64,000 nucleotides of DNA from Mobula hypostoma (lineage: Eukaryota), in the NCBI RefSeq assembly GCF_963921235.1, contig NC_086097.1:40426001-40490000 (forward strand), read 5' to 3'. Position 1 is the first letter of the stretch; each line of letters opens with the position of its first letter. Shown piece after piece: positions 12,451 to 26,098 of this stretch. The notes under the pieces are model-generated. The model ran no database searches, was not told where the DNA came from, and worked only from the letters and a program-made list of their open reading frames with translations. The position numbers were made by a program, and so were the translations under genes.

Positions 12451-14829
12451 GTGATCACTCAGCTCATAACACATTTACAGCAGGTCCAGGACTTATTTGC
12501 CTTGGAGCAAGTGAGCTACTGGTACGAGCCAACTTTATTCAGCCCATAGATTCAGTGCAGTGTGGTAAATGTTGTAATTGATGATATGCTGAGATTTTAT
12601 TGGCTTAACCCACACACAGAGACTCACATGCAGTCTATTCCCCAGCCAACAGCGAAGCCTCCTGCTGCCCCTTGTTAATGATGCTCAGCAACTGGCTACA
12701 GTCCAGGCAATTTTTCCTCCAATTCCTCAGCCTCCTACTGGGAAAGCACTTAACCTGTGCTTGGTGTGGCTAAATAGAGTGCAACAGAACCTGAAGAGGA
12801 CAACATTTGTGCAAAAAATAATGACATTGAGTTATTTTTCTCTGTTCACAGCTCTGGGTGTTGAATGTGAGAGTGTAATCAACATCTGTTATTGGTACAG
12901 TTATGATCTAAAGTTATTTTGCCTGCTGACTGTAAAATGGATGGAAAGAAAACTTTAAAATAATTTGCAAGGACTATTTAAGCAATTAACTAATTAACAA
13001 TGGTCTTATCTTAATCTTAGGAAATAGAGTTGTGATTGGATACCAAATAGTCATAGTTTCTGTGAGAAATTGCTGACTTTAATCATTATATCTAATAATT
13101 ACGGATGAATGGACTTCAGCTGCTTCTGCCTGTGTGTTCAAATATTTTTTCAAACAATTTAAGGCTCGTGTTGGGAATGAGAATGAATTTTTGGCACTGA
13201 CCATTTATTTATCAGGTGATCAATGAGTAGCCAGAAGTTGTGTTGGTGTTGACGTGTCAGTGGGGAGCAGTGTGATTGTGGGGGTCTGATGGCTAAGTGG
13301 TAACCATAATGTAATGAAACCAGGAAGGAAAACCATCAGCATGAGACTGTGATGCAGATGGAACTGCAGCTCCATATTTTAAGCTGTAATCCATGAATAT
13401 TACATGAACAGAATTGGTCTGAGTATGTGATGTTTTCCTCATACAATTCTTATTTGAACCTTTTCCTCTTACCCTGTGTACTGCCTGCTTAATTCTCACA
13501 AAAATGGGAAGTAAGTAAAGATATTCCAAGCCATAAAATGTGCAGTTTGATAAGCAGCAAGATTCCTTCAATGGATAATTTGAAATCTCATTGCACGGCA
13601 GGAGAGACTCAGCCCACTCTCTGTGTGCCACTTATTGAAAGGGCTATCAATTTAGTCTCACTGCCCTGTAGCGATGCAAGTTCCTAATATGGTCTGGAAG
13701 TATCTGTTGGAAATCAAAGTAAGATTACTTTAAAAAATAAAACATTAAGATGGTCTGATATCTTAATAAGTGTCATGTATCATCATTGGAATGGCTGACT
13801 TTAGCTGAAAGGTCAACAGTTTATGATCCAAGACCAGAGTGAAATCTCTGCCAATGAATACTTCTAAACTGAAGTGTCTGTAAAAAGCGATGTTTAATGT
13901 CTTTCTTTTTCAATTGGAATATAGTTAGTGCATTTTTTCACAATTCACAGATCTGATCTGCAAGTTGTGACATGCGGAACCGAACAATTTCCTTGGGGAA
14001 ATAAAACAAAACTAGCAGCAATTGCACTTATGGAATCTTACCCTAGTGTGTTTCAGCCAAATAATGCTTAAAACCGTGGACAGTTCTTACTTAATCTGTT
14101 CATAGGTCTAATGGGTCCATTTGAAGTGAAAATTTGTGAAAGTCAGTCTGCAAAACGAGAAATCCATGAAGAGAAAAGTACAGTCGCAGTTCCTTGGCAT
14201 TTCAATACTTGAAGAACATGGGTGTATTAAACAGATGACGAAATGAAAAACTGCCTGGTACTTGGAGGACATCAAAACATCAGGAAGCAAAAAGGGTCTA
14301 GCAATCCAACAGAAACCTAAAGGCAAGTAGCCAAAGAATCATCTACATAACCTGACTATTAGTTTGCAGGAGACAGTAGGAAGGTGTTCAGCAAGAATGA
14401 AATACCTGGTTACTGATGACAAATAATCATACATTTCCTCACTAGTTATTTGCATGAAAGTGAATTTATTTTATACATAGATCTATGTAAAAAATCATGT
14501 TTTCTCCAAATGGAGCCTCATACACGAGGAAATGACCAGGGTTTTAAACATCACTATATTTGGCTGGCAGCAAACAAGGACAGAATTCCAAAGAAGGCAG
14601 CTTCTGTTAGATTGTTTCTATATCTCTAGGGAAATTAATCAGTACCACTAAATGCCAACTTGCAGATTACATCAAATTTTGGGTCTCTCAAATTAAAACA
14701 GCATCCGAATGAAGAAAGTATACTAACTATGTTAAGATTTAAAAAAGAGGCTTCAGCCATTATTTATTGGGGTCGGTCAGCTTCCAAGGTGCGCATTTGA
14801 CTGGCTTTTCTTTCTGATCCCCAACCATA

Positions 14830-15972
14830 AGGATCATGGTTTTTGACTTCTCCAGTGCGTTCATCACCATCTACCCTGCTCTGCTGGGGGAGAAGCTGAC
14901 AGCGATGCAGGTGGATGCTCCCCTGGTGTCATGGATTCTTGATTACCTGACTGGCAGACCACAGTACGTGTGCTTGCAACACTGTGTGTCCGACAGAGTG
15001 ATCAGCAGCACTGGGGCTCCACAGAGGACTGTCTTGTCTCCCTTTCTCTTCACCATTTACACCTCGGACTTCAACTACTGTACAGAGTCTTCTCATCTTC
15101 AGAAGTTTTCGGATGACTCTGCCATAGTTGGATGCATCAGCAAGGGAGATGAGGTTGAGTACAGGGCTGTGGTAGGAAACTGTCACATGGTGTGAGCAGA
15201 ATTATCTGCAGCTTAATGTGAAAAAGACTAAGGAGCTGGTTGTAGACCTGAGGAGAGCTAAGGTACTGGTGACCCCTGTTTCCATCCAGGGGGTCAGTGT
15301 GGACATGGTGGAGGATTACAAATACCTGGGGATACGAACTGACAATAAACTGGAATGGTCAAAGAATACTGAGGCTGTCTACAAGAAGGGTCAGAGCCGT
15401 CTCTATTTCCTGAGGAGACTGAGGTCCTTTAACATCTACCGGACGATGCCGAGGATGTTCTACAAGTCTGTGGTGGGCAATGCTATCATGTTTGCTGTTG
15501 TGTGCTGGGGCAGCAGGCTGAGGGTAGCAGACACCAACAGAATCAACAAACTCATTTGTAAGGCCAGTGATGTTGTGGGGATGGAACTGGACTCTCTCAC
15601 GGTGGTGTCTGAAAAGAGGATGCTGTCTAAGTTGCATGCCATCTTGGTCAATGTCTCCCATCCACTACATAATGTACTGGGTGGGCACAGGAGTACATTC
15701 AGCCAGAGACTCATTCCTCCAAGATGCAGCACAGAACATCATAGGAAGTCATTGCTGTCTGTGGCCGTCAAACTTTACAACTCCTCCCTTGGAGGGTCAG
15801 ACATCCTGTGCCGATAGGCTGGTCCTGGACTTACTTCATAATTTAGTGGCGTAATTTACATATTTCTATTTAACTATTATGGTTCTATTACTATTTATTA
15901 TTTATGGTGCAACTGTAACAAAAACCAATTTCCCCCGGCATCAATAAAGTAGGACTATGACTATGACTATAA
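14830..15972 (+). mobile_element. Rex1/Babar LINE, 5'-truncated
   Basis: DFSSAF..TGAPQ.TVLSPFLFTIYT..KFSDD (14836-15195); KTKELVVDLRR..YKYLG (15218-15817); AATAAA followed by a (GACTAT)n tail. Confidence 0.92.
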
Positions 15973-16521
15973 CCACTATCGATCTTTGGGACAAAATCAT
16001 ATATAAGGCTGCCATTTTAACACCTTAATCTTGAAAATTAACTTATTATGATTTACCACATGTAATTTAAGGCTATTACAGGAACTTACATAGGGGCCAG
16101 TGGGATTAAATTGATAGCCCTTTCATAAAATGGCACAGATCAGAAGGGCTAAGTGGCATCCTCCTGTGCCATGTAATTCAAAGTTATCAAGGTGAGGAAT
16201 TTTGCTGATTATAAAGCTGCAGGTTTTATGCTTTAGAATATCTTTAATTACAGCCATTTTTGTGTGAATTATGCATGCAGTATTGAATATAAATGGAATA
16301 GTACCAGCAGAAGTTACATGTGGAAAAAAATCACACACTTGGGCCTATTATAATCATATAGCATCCATGGATAATATATATGTATTTAAAATGTTCCATG
16401 GTGAAAAAAGTTTAATGTTTTAGTTGAGATGCTTTCTTATACAAAAAAACTGGCTAATTGGTGTTTGCTCTTCAAGTATTAACTTTTGCAGTGATGTTAG
16501 CACACAAAGGCCTGTAATATG

Positions 16522-17177
16522 CAGACATCCCACCTCTCCTGGAAGTTCTGGGAGTCTCCCACATATTAATAGTGGCTCCCTGATGCCTGCAAATTATATA
16601 CAATATCACGGAAATCAATTTTTTTGAGAGCAAGCGAGAGAGAGAAAGCAAGAGAGAAAGTGCAAGGAAGTGTGAGAGTGACCACGAGAGAGAGCGCGCG
16701 AAAGAGAGAGCGAGGGCAAGCAAGCGAGAGCGCGCGTGCAAGACAGCGGGAGAGAAAGCATACGACAGGGCGAGAGAGTGAGCGCAAGAGCGACCACGAG
16801 AGAGCGAGTGAGTGAGAGCGTGCCATGGCAGAGTGTTCCAAAAAAAGAAAATATAAAACGTACGTCACCCCAGACTACACTAAAGTGTACCCCTGCCTAA
16901 TAGGGGTCAAAAATAATGACAGTGTTGCTCGCTGCACTGTTTGCAACAGTGACTTTTCTATTGCCCATGGTGGGTTAAGACTGTACAAGACATGTTGAGG
17001 TGAGTTTAACAGGTGTCATTCGTTCATTAGCATTGCTAACGTTATTTAAACTAGCTGGCTAGCTGCTAAGGAGCTACTCTATTGCAGACATCCCACCTCT
17101 CCCGGAAGTTCTGGGAGTCTCCCGCAAATTGATGGCGCTACCTCCCTGACATGAGTTTTTGCAGGGTGGGATGTCTG
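16522..17177 (+). mobile_element. Non-autonomous hAT-like DNA transposon
   Basis: TIRs cagacatcccacc / ggtgggatgtctg; 6-bp flanks aatatg / agtatg; internal remnant MAECSKKRKYK..ARCTVCNSDFSIAHGG (BED-finger-like, from 16825) ending at donor GAG|GTGAGT (16999). Confidence 0.75.
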
Positions 17178-17363
17178 AGTATGTTTCGGCTTTGTCTTGG
17201 GATACCACCAAATCAAAACCTCCCTCAACCCTGAGTAACAAAGAGACTGAGACTGGTAACAATAATCTTCCAAAACCAGACCTGTAATAGTGTCTAGTGA
17301 CTGGGAAAAGGGGCCTAATTGCTTAGTATTCCCCCAGGATTCAACCAAAGTACCATACTACCG

Positions 17364-17392
17364 TACTGTGCAAAAGTTTTAGGCGCGCGCAC

Positions 17393-17446
<54 letters not shown>

Positions 17447-17952
17447 GTATATATATATATATATATATATAAGTTAGGGTGTCTAAGCCTTTTGCACAAT
17501 ATTTATCAACATGGAGCAGAGAGTGCATTTGTAAATCTGGCTGGAGCAAAGGAAGTTGGGAATGGCAAGGGTGGAACACTGTGGCAAGAGTGCCGGGGCA
17601 GGGAAGGGTGTGACTGACACAGGTGTAGGCACACCCATCCCTGAGACACCAGGCAAGGTCATTTGATTTTAAGCAATTTTTTTTATCATTACAGAATGTC
17701 TCTCTGGTGCTTCCCGCCCCCCACCTCCTTTCCCCTTTTCCCAGTCATGATTCCCCTCTCCCTGCCCCCTCCCCACTCTCAGTCCACAGAAGAGACCCAT
17801 CACAGAATTAGGTTTATCATCACTCACAAGTCAGAAAATTGACTTTGTTTTGTGACAACAGTAAAGTGCAATACATAAAATTACAACAGTACTTTACAAA
17901 AGTCTTAGGCACCCCAGCTAGATATAAATGTGCCTAAGACTTTTACATGGTA
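17364..17952. mobile_element. Tc1/mariner-like MITE made of two TIR-bounded units
   Basis: tactgtgcaaaagt(c/t)ttaggc...cctaagacttt-type inverted repeats at 17364-17500 and 17889-17952. Confidence 0.55.
17385..17470. repeat. Compound (CA)n/(TA)n microsatellite
   Basis: Directly visible. Confidence 0.95.
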
Positions 17953-18596
17953 TAGTATATTTTTATGGAAGCACTTTTTCTCACAGGACTAAGAATTCAT
18001 GTTTCAGCATTTCAGCTCTGCAGGAGGATTAAATATTATGCAGTGAAAAGTTGTTACAGCAGCGGGGCTTGATCTCAGTGTGAAAATGTGGATTAGTTAA
18101 AGTAAAATTGTCAGCATGTCTTTTTGAGATCTAATATAATCCTTGTTCTGTCTTGCTGTGCTCATTGGTATGGTCTCTTGAACTAACACATTCCCTGTAA
18201 CACAACATTATTACAATTCTTCTTAAGTTGCTGTAAGTTGTACACGAAGAAATTCTACTTAACTTGCCAGCCTTTGGATACTTAATAGAATTTGATTTGT
18301 TCAATTCCAATGACCATGAAACTTAGTTATATAATTCTGCATAACTTAGCAATAATTAATTATGTCATGGTGAGCTACAGCAGCTTATTAGCACTTAATA
18401 TTTATTTTTTGTGCAACTTAGCATCATTAATAAAGCCAGCATTGGTTGTCCATGCTGAACTGACCTTGGTAGGTAGGGCTAAGTCACTTTCTCAGATCAG
18501 TTTTCTGATTATTGACATATGTCATGAAATGTGCTATTTTCTCACAACAGTACAGTGCAAGACATAAAATATACTATAAATTACAATAAGAAATAT

Positions 18597-18870
18597 AGAG
18601 TCAGTGACCACATGATTAGATACAGAAGGTATCTAATTATGTAGTCACTGGGTGCATGTTTGTGATCTGCTATTGTAGCCTATCCACCTCAAGGTTCAAC
18701 GTTTGTGCGTTCAGAGATGATCCTTTGCACACCACTATTGTAACGTGCTATTCTTTGAGTTGCTGACACCATCCTGTCAGCTTAGACAAGTCTGCATGCT
18801 TATATGCATTGAGTTGCTGCCAGATGATTGGCTGATCAGATATTTGCATTAGGTGTACCTGAGTGTATAT
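18597..18870. mobile_element. Degenerate Tc1-like MITE
   Basis: Ends resemble cactcagtggccactttattaggtacac-type Tc1 TIRs. Confidence 0.4.
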
Positions 18871-19979
18871 GTATATAAATTAAATTAAATGTGCAAGAAG
18901 CAAGCACTTTCTAGGCCTGCAGCAATCCTTCTGAGGAAGGTGCTTCCACAATTCTTCTGGACAGAGAACCAAGAATTAGATCCAGAGGAATGTCTGGTGA
19001 TGAATAGTTCGAGATCAATTTGAGGGGAATTTATAGGTGGTGTGGGATGGTCAACTTCCTTTTCCTGCTCAGCTTTTCCACCATTTCATCGGTGCTCCAT
19101 GCAGTAGTTAGTGACTGGCCTTACTGATGCATTCTCACACTGCATATTTCAATGGTAGTGCTTGACCCAAAGATAAATTAGTGTGACATCCATTTAGAAT
19201 TTTTGTGGGAAGCACTGCCTTCAGATATGATTAATATAATTGTTGTCTTGCAGATATAAAATGAAAAACTGGGAGTCTTCCTATTAGACAATCCAATAAA
19301 CAATGTGTTATTGAAAGGTATCAAATGAAAAATAATTACATTGTTAACTAGTAACACTCATCTAAAAGTACAGCTTCAGATATAGTATAAAATATTCATG
19401 TCAATTTTTTACACTATCCATGGCTTTGTTTAATTGTTGATGCAGAGAAAAGAATTTATTACAGTCAATGGACCCTAAATTCATCATAGTTATATCTATT
19501 TTATTGGCATATAATGGATATAATGATGTCCAATTAATCAGGACTGAAGTAAAACATCTTGCCCTTGACATTTCTATGTATGAAAAATTAGTGCAATTGA
19601 AAACCTGAGGCAGATCTTACTTAGTCACTGAAGAGCTAAATATTACAGCCCTGCTTTGCCTGAAATTGTGCTATTTAAAGGGTCAGCAATTTCTTCCTTA
19701 CTGAGATTTGTGGTCTCCTGCAATGTCAAACACAACAGTGCATTTGTGTCTGGACTGTTTACCCATTAAGAACAATGTGAACTCACAGCTTCATAATCTT
19801 GGGATCATTCCAATAGGATTGGCTAATCTCTGTCACACATTGATTATTATATTGAACTTTATTGTTTACCTGCACTACACTTTTTTCTGTAGCTTTTATA
19901 CTTCACTGGGCATTGTTATTGTTTTACCTCAATGGACTGTGTAATGATTTGATCTGTATGAACAGTATGCAAGACAAAA

Positions 19980-21085
19980 TTCCAAGTAAATTTATTCTCG
20001 AAGTACATGTATGTCACCATATACAATCCCGAGATTCCTTTTATGTGGGATTCACATTAAATGTTAGAAACACAAGAGTCAGTGAAACACCACACCCAAC
20101 AGGATGGACAAATGTGTAAAAGACAGCAAACTGTGCAAATACAGAAAGAAAGAAAAAAATAGAAATATAATAATAAATAAATAAACAATAAATATCGAGA
20201 ACATGAGATGATGAGTCCTTGAAAGTCCATAAGATGTGGGAACAGTTCAGTGATGGGGTGAGTGAAGTTATCCCCTCTGCTTCAATAACTTGATGGTCAA
20301 TAACTGTTCCTGAACCTGGCGGTGTGGGTCCTGAGGCTCCTGTCCCACCTCCCTGATGACAGTAGCGAGAAGAGAGTATGGATGGTGGGGTGCCTGATGA
20401 TGAATGCTTTCCTGTGACAGCATTCTGTGTAGATGTCCTCAACGGTGGGGAGAGCTTTACCCGTGATGGACTGGGCTGTATCCATTATTTTTTGAAGTCA
20501 TTTCTGTTCAAGGGTATTGGTGCTGCTACACCAGGCCATGATGCAACCAGTTAATATAATCTCCACCACACATCTGTAGAAGTTTGTCAAAGTTTTCGAT
20601 GACATGCCGAATTTTTGCAAACTCCTAAGAAAGTAGAGTTTTTTTTGTAATGGCACTTATGTACTGGACCCAGGACAGATCCTCTGAAATGATAAGTCCG
20701 AGTTGCTGACCCCCTCCACCTCTGAAATAATAACTCCAAGTTGCCTGCTCCCTCCACCTCTGATCTCCTAATGAGGGCTGTCTTATGGTCCTCCCGTTTT
20801 CTCCTCCTGAATCATCTCCCTGGTCTTGCTGACATTGGGTAAGAGGTTGTTGTTATGGCACTACTCAGCCAGATTTTTAATCTCCCTCCAATATGCTGGT
20901 TCGTCACCACCTTAGATTCGGCCTATGATAGTGGTGTTGTCAGCAATGGATCTGTGCCTAGCCTCACAGTCGTAAGTGTAAAGCGAATAGAGCAGGGGTT
21001 AAGCGCATCGCCCTGTGGTGCACCTGTGCTGATGGAGATTGTGGACATGATATTGTTGCCAATCTGAATTGACTGGGGTCTGCAA
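19980..21085 (-). mobile_element. Rex1/Babar-like LINE fragments
   Basis: ISTGAPQG motif (20923-21270) and HP..TLFSLLSSGR..SLRTHTARFRNSY (20297-20485), followed by the 3' UTR. Confidence 0.8.
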
Positions 21086-21757
21086 GTGAGGAAGTGAGAA
21101 CAAGCTTTCCACTGTATCGTGGTACGTATGACAATAATAAACCAAAACAAATTCTGCTTTCTGAGTGAAGTCACTGAGGCGTCATACTCAAAGAGCCCAG
21201 TCTTCATGTACAATAGGAACTTTGAAACTATAGTAATTAAGGTAAAATAACAAAAAAAAAGCATTTTCATTGTACATTTTAATAATGAAATATTACAAAG
21301 TGCTTCACAGAAAAGTTAAACAAAATTGAACATTCGGATACTGTGTGAGAGTGATTGACTTGAGGAAAGTCTGGAAAGAGATCAGAAATGTGGAGTGCTG
21401 TACCAAACCTCTATCTTTGGGAACTGAGTAGTGTTGGAATACTTAACTGAGTGGATACACAGGAAACTAAGATTAAGAGTACAGAAGTTATAGAGAATAG
21501 AAGAAATTACAGAGATTAGATTATATTTATAAATAAGGATTAGCATTCCAAAATTGGGATTGACAAGGGGTTTTGAATGAACAAGAAATCACAGTTCAAT
21601 TAAGCAACTAAAGCGAGGAGGAAACTGAAAGTATCTCCTCTATCAGTGATGGTGTCTTTAAGAGTGGATGCTCCAATTGCAGATATCACTCCACTCTTCA
21701 AGAAGGGAGAGAGGCAGAAGAAAGGAAACTATAGGCCAGTTAGTCTGACCTCCGTGG

Positions 21758-22275
21758 TGTCAGAACCTCTAGTTGAACTTGGTCTTTTTGTGTGTTTTCC
21801 CACTAGCCATCAGTCTGTGGTTTTGTATTGCCATGTGGTGTTGTTTGTTTTCATGCCCCATGTGCTCCTGTCCCTGCTCCTGCTCTACTCCAGCCCCTGT
21901 ATTACTGAGTACTCCGCCTCTCACCTGTTTCTCATTATTACCTGTATTGCTGCCACCTGTGTCTCATTGTGCTCCACCTATCATCTGCCTCTCTGTTTAT
22001 TGCTCAGTGTATTTCAGTCCTGTGTTTTCACCTGTTTGTTGCCAGATTGTGCCAGTGAGTTTTCCTGAGCCTTTCCAGTATTTGTATCTGTACTCTGTCC
22101 ATCTGAATATTGACTCTGCCTGTTTCCCGATTCTGGTTTTTGGATTTCTCTGGATGTTTTGATCTCTGCTTGAACTTTGACGCTCACTTTGTTTGCACCT
22201 TGGGGATTTGTTACTCAATTAATATCACTATGTACACAGTACTGGGTCTGTGATAGGATCCCTGCTCCATGGTAC
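21758..22275 (+). repeat. 5' LTR of the chromovirus
   Basis: Starts TGTCAG; direct repeat of 30115-30599. Confidence 0.9.
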
Positions 22276-24114
22276 AATCTGGCCAGAATGGATCCAGCAG
22301 ACCCCGGTTGTCAGAGAGCTGCCCTGGAACAACAGGGAGTGATGCTGGGGAGACACCAGAACCAGCTGGACTCTGTGATCAGGGCAGTGGAGTCACTTTC
22401 TGCCAATGTAGCTGATCTTGTGGCCCAGACTCAGTCACTCCAGCTGTCCCAGAGCCGCATCAACATTATGCAACTGCATCTGCTGCCCTGCCCTCCGCGT
22501 CCCCACATGCTCCTCCCATCCAAGGGCCCTGTCTGCCTCCTCCAGAAAAGTACTCAGGTGAGCCCGGTACCTGCCGCTCTTTTCTTCCCCAGTACACCTT
22601 CATTTTTGAATTGCAACCAACAACATCTCTGACTGATTGAGCCAAGATAGCCTACGTCATCATCCAACTGTCCAGTCAGGCGAGAGACTGGGAAATAGCC
22701 GTCTGGGAGGCAGGCTCACCTTTCTGCATAAGTTTTCAGTTATTTTCTAAGATAAGAAAAGTGTTTCATCACTCCAAACATGAGAGAGAGGCTGCCCATG
22801 AAATTCTGCACATGCACCGGGGTGCAGATCTGTGTCAGATTACACCACAGAGTTCGGGACCCTAGCCACCTCCAGTGGCTGGAACTCAGAGGCACAGTAG
22901 GACACCTTCCTGAATGGCCTCTCCGAAGACATCAAAGATGAGCTGGTCACCCACGACCTTCCTGCCACCTTTGAAGCCCTGGTGAATTTGACCATCTGTA
23001 CTGATGTTCGCCTTCAGCAGTGCCACAGAGAGAGAGGCTCCAGAGGGTCCCTGGGGGCACTGGGTGAGTTCCAAATTCATCGTCAGTCTACATTGCCCTG
23101 CCATTTGCCCCCATCTACAATCCCCGTTCTAGAGCCTGAAGCTATGAAGGTTGACTGTAGCCACCTGATGCCGACTGGAAGACAAAGGAAAGTCAGCACC
23201 TGTTCCTGTTTGTACTGTGGCCAACCAGACCACTTCATCTCCACCTACCCAGTAAAAGCCAAGTGCTCACCAGTTGGTCGAGGGGTACTGGTGAGCATGA
23301 CACCTGTCCGGCCCTTCTCGTCACCCACTCTCATACCTGCTTCTCTGGAGTGGGGCGTCCAACAGCAAGTATCTCTGTCTTGGTCTATTCTGGTGTGGAG
23401 GGTTGTTTTATCGATTCCAGCTTGGCTGCCCAGTGGGGATTACCCACAACTGCTCTCCAGTCACCATTGAAGGCCACGCCTTGAAATGTCAGAGACTGGC
23501 TAACATTACCCATGTCATGGCCCCGGTGAATCTTAGTTTATCCAGCAACCATCATGAACAGTTAACCTTGTTATTGACTCTCCTCAAGCTCCCATTGTCC
23601 TGGGCCATCTCTGATTAGTTAAACACAACCCCCACATTGACTGGCTCAGTTGCAAGATTGTAGGCTGGAGCCCATTCTCACTCCCACTGCCTCTGCCATG
23701 CTCAGATCTCCTTGTCTCCAAGCCCAGATATTCCCGACGAATTTTCGGACCTTAGTGTCATCCCTCCTGAATACATGGACCTCAAGGCTGTGTTCAGCAA
23801 GTCCCGGGCCACTTCCCTGCCAGCTCATCGTCCATATGATTGCACCATTGACCTCTTGTCTGGCACATCTCCCCCAAGGGGCCGCCTGTACTCCCTGCCC
23901 ATACCTGAAACAGAAGCCATGAGTAGTACATTCAATAGTTGCTGGCTGCAGGCATCATCCGGCCGTCTTCTGCCCCTGCTGATGCCGATTTTTTCTTTGT
24001 TGAAAAGAAGGATGGCTCCTTCCGTCCATGTATTGATTACCGGGGACTGAATGAAGTCATCATTAAGAACCGTTACCCTCTTCTGCTCATGACCTCAGCA
24101 TTTGAACTACAAAG

Positions 24115-26098
24115 GGTTCCTACAGTTCTGTTAGTGGCAGAACTGTAGCTAGCCATCTGGACACAAGCTGGGGTCTGATCAGTCCCGGCTGGGTCACCTG
24201 GAGGAGGTTGTATGATGTTGAAAGACCCGAAACACCCGATGATTCCGGGAACATCACTGAAGATGTGTCCAGAAGCATCAATAGATGTATGTACACAGCA
24301 GTGGCAAAAGGATAGTGAGGGATAAAATTGGTCCCTTGGAGAATCAGTGAACGGCTATGTGCGGAGCCAGAAGAGGTGGAGGAGATTTTGAACAATTTCT
24401 TTTCTTCGGTATTCACCAAGGAGAAGGATATTGAATTGTGTAAGGTAAAGGAAACAAGTAGGGTAGTTATGGAAAGTATGACAATTAAAGAAGAGGAGGT
24501 ACTGGCACTTTTAAGGAATATAAAAGAGGATAAGTGTCTGGGTCCGGACAAGATATTCCCTAGGACTTTGAGGGAAGTTAGTATAATAATAGCAGGGGCT
24601 CTGACAGAAATATTTCAAATGTCATTAGAAACGGGAATGGTGCCAGAGGATTGGCGTATTGCTCATGTGGTTCCATTGTTTAAAAATGGTTCTAAGAGTA
24701 AACCTGGCAATTATCGGCCTGTGAGTTTGACGTCAGTGGTGGGTAAATTGATGGAAAGTATTCTTAGAGATGGTATATATAATTTTCTGGATAGACAGGG
24801 TCTGATTAGGAACAGTCAACATGGATTTGTGCGTGGAAGGTCATGTTTGACAAAATTTATTGAATTTTTTGATGAGGTTACTAAGAAAGTTGACGAGGGT
24901 AACACAGTGGATGTTGTCTATATGGACTTCAGTAAGGCCTTTGACAAGGTTCCACACGGAAGGTTAGTTAAGAAGGTTCAATCATTAGGCATTAATATGG
25001 AAGTAGTAAAATGGATTCAGCAGTGGCTGGATGGGAGACGCCAGAGAGTAGTGGTGGATAACAGTGTGTCAGATTGGAGGCTGGTGTGTAGCAGTGCGCC
25101 TCAGGGATCTGTACTGGGTCCAATGTTGTTTGTAATATATATTAATGATCTGGATGATGGGGTGGTAAATTGGATTAGTAAGTATGCAGATGATACTAAG
25201 ATAGGTGGTGTTGTGGATGATGAGGTAGGTTTTCAAAACTTGCAGAGAGGTTTAGGACAGTTAGAAGAGTGGGCTGAAAGATGGCAGATGGAGTTTAATG
25301 CTGAAAAATGCGAGGTGCTACATTTTGGTAGAACGAATCAAAATAGGACATATATGGTAAATGGTAGGGCATTAAATAATGCTTTAGAACAGAGGGATTT
25401 AGGAATAATAGTGCATAGTTCCCTGAAGGTGGAATCTCATGTGGATAGGGTGGTGAAGAAAGCTTTTGGTTTGCTGGCCTTTATTAATCAGAACATTGAG
25501 TATAGGAGTTGGGATGTAATGTTGAAATTGTATAAGGCATTGGTAAGGCCAAATCTGGAGTATTGTGTACAGTTCTGGTCACCGAATTATAGGAAAGATG
25601 TCAATAAAATTGAGAGAGTACAGAGGAGGTTTACTAAAATGTTGCCTGGGTTTCATCTCCTAAGTTACAGAGAAATGTTGAACAAGTTAGGTCTTTATTC
25701 TTTGGAGCGTAGAAGGTTGAGGGGGGACTTGATAGAGGTGTTTAAAATTATGAGGGGGATTGATAGAGCTGACGTGGTTAGACTTTTTCTATTGAGAGTG
25801 GGGAAGATTCAAACAAGAGGGCATGGGTTGAGAATTAGAGGACAAAAGTTTAGGGGTAACATGAGGGGGAACTTCTTTACTCAGAGAGTGGTCGCTGTGT
25901 GGAATTGAGCTTCCAGCAGAAGTGGTTGAGGCAGGTTATATGTTGTCGCTTAAAGTTAAATTGGATCGATATATGGACAGGAAAAGAATGGAGGGTTATG
26001 GCTGAGTGCAGGTCGGTGGGACTAGGATAGGGTAAGAGTTCGGCACGGACTAGAAGGGCTGAGATGGCCTGTTTCCGAGCTGTGATTGTTATATGGTT
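24115..26098 (+). mobile_element. Relatively young CR1 insertion inside the Gypsy RT
   Basis: 9-bp TSD act(a/g)caaag at 24106-24114 and 26099-26107; Gypsy RT resumes (SAFEL / LQRASVF..LDLRN). Confidence 0.93.
24328..25908 (+). pseudogene. CR1 ORF2 reverse transcriptase, 526 uninterrupted codons, endonuclease missing
   Basis: NYRPVSLTS, QHGF..RSCLT, DFSKAFDKVPH, PQGSVLGP, KYADD, RDLG motifs; 5'-truncated. Confidence 0.92.

Noticed and set aside
12450..12910. Plus-strand exon-like segments (for example ctgttcacag| at 12851)
   Set aside because: Short unrecognised peptides; such splice-like motifs are common by chance.
16472..16868. Ser/Leu/Arg/Glu-rich ORFs
   Set aside because: Produced by GA-rich low-complexity sequence inside the hAT-like element.
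21646..22218. Hydrophobic Cys-rich ORFs duplicated at 30087-30405
   Set aside because: Chance translations of the two LTRs.
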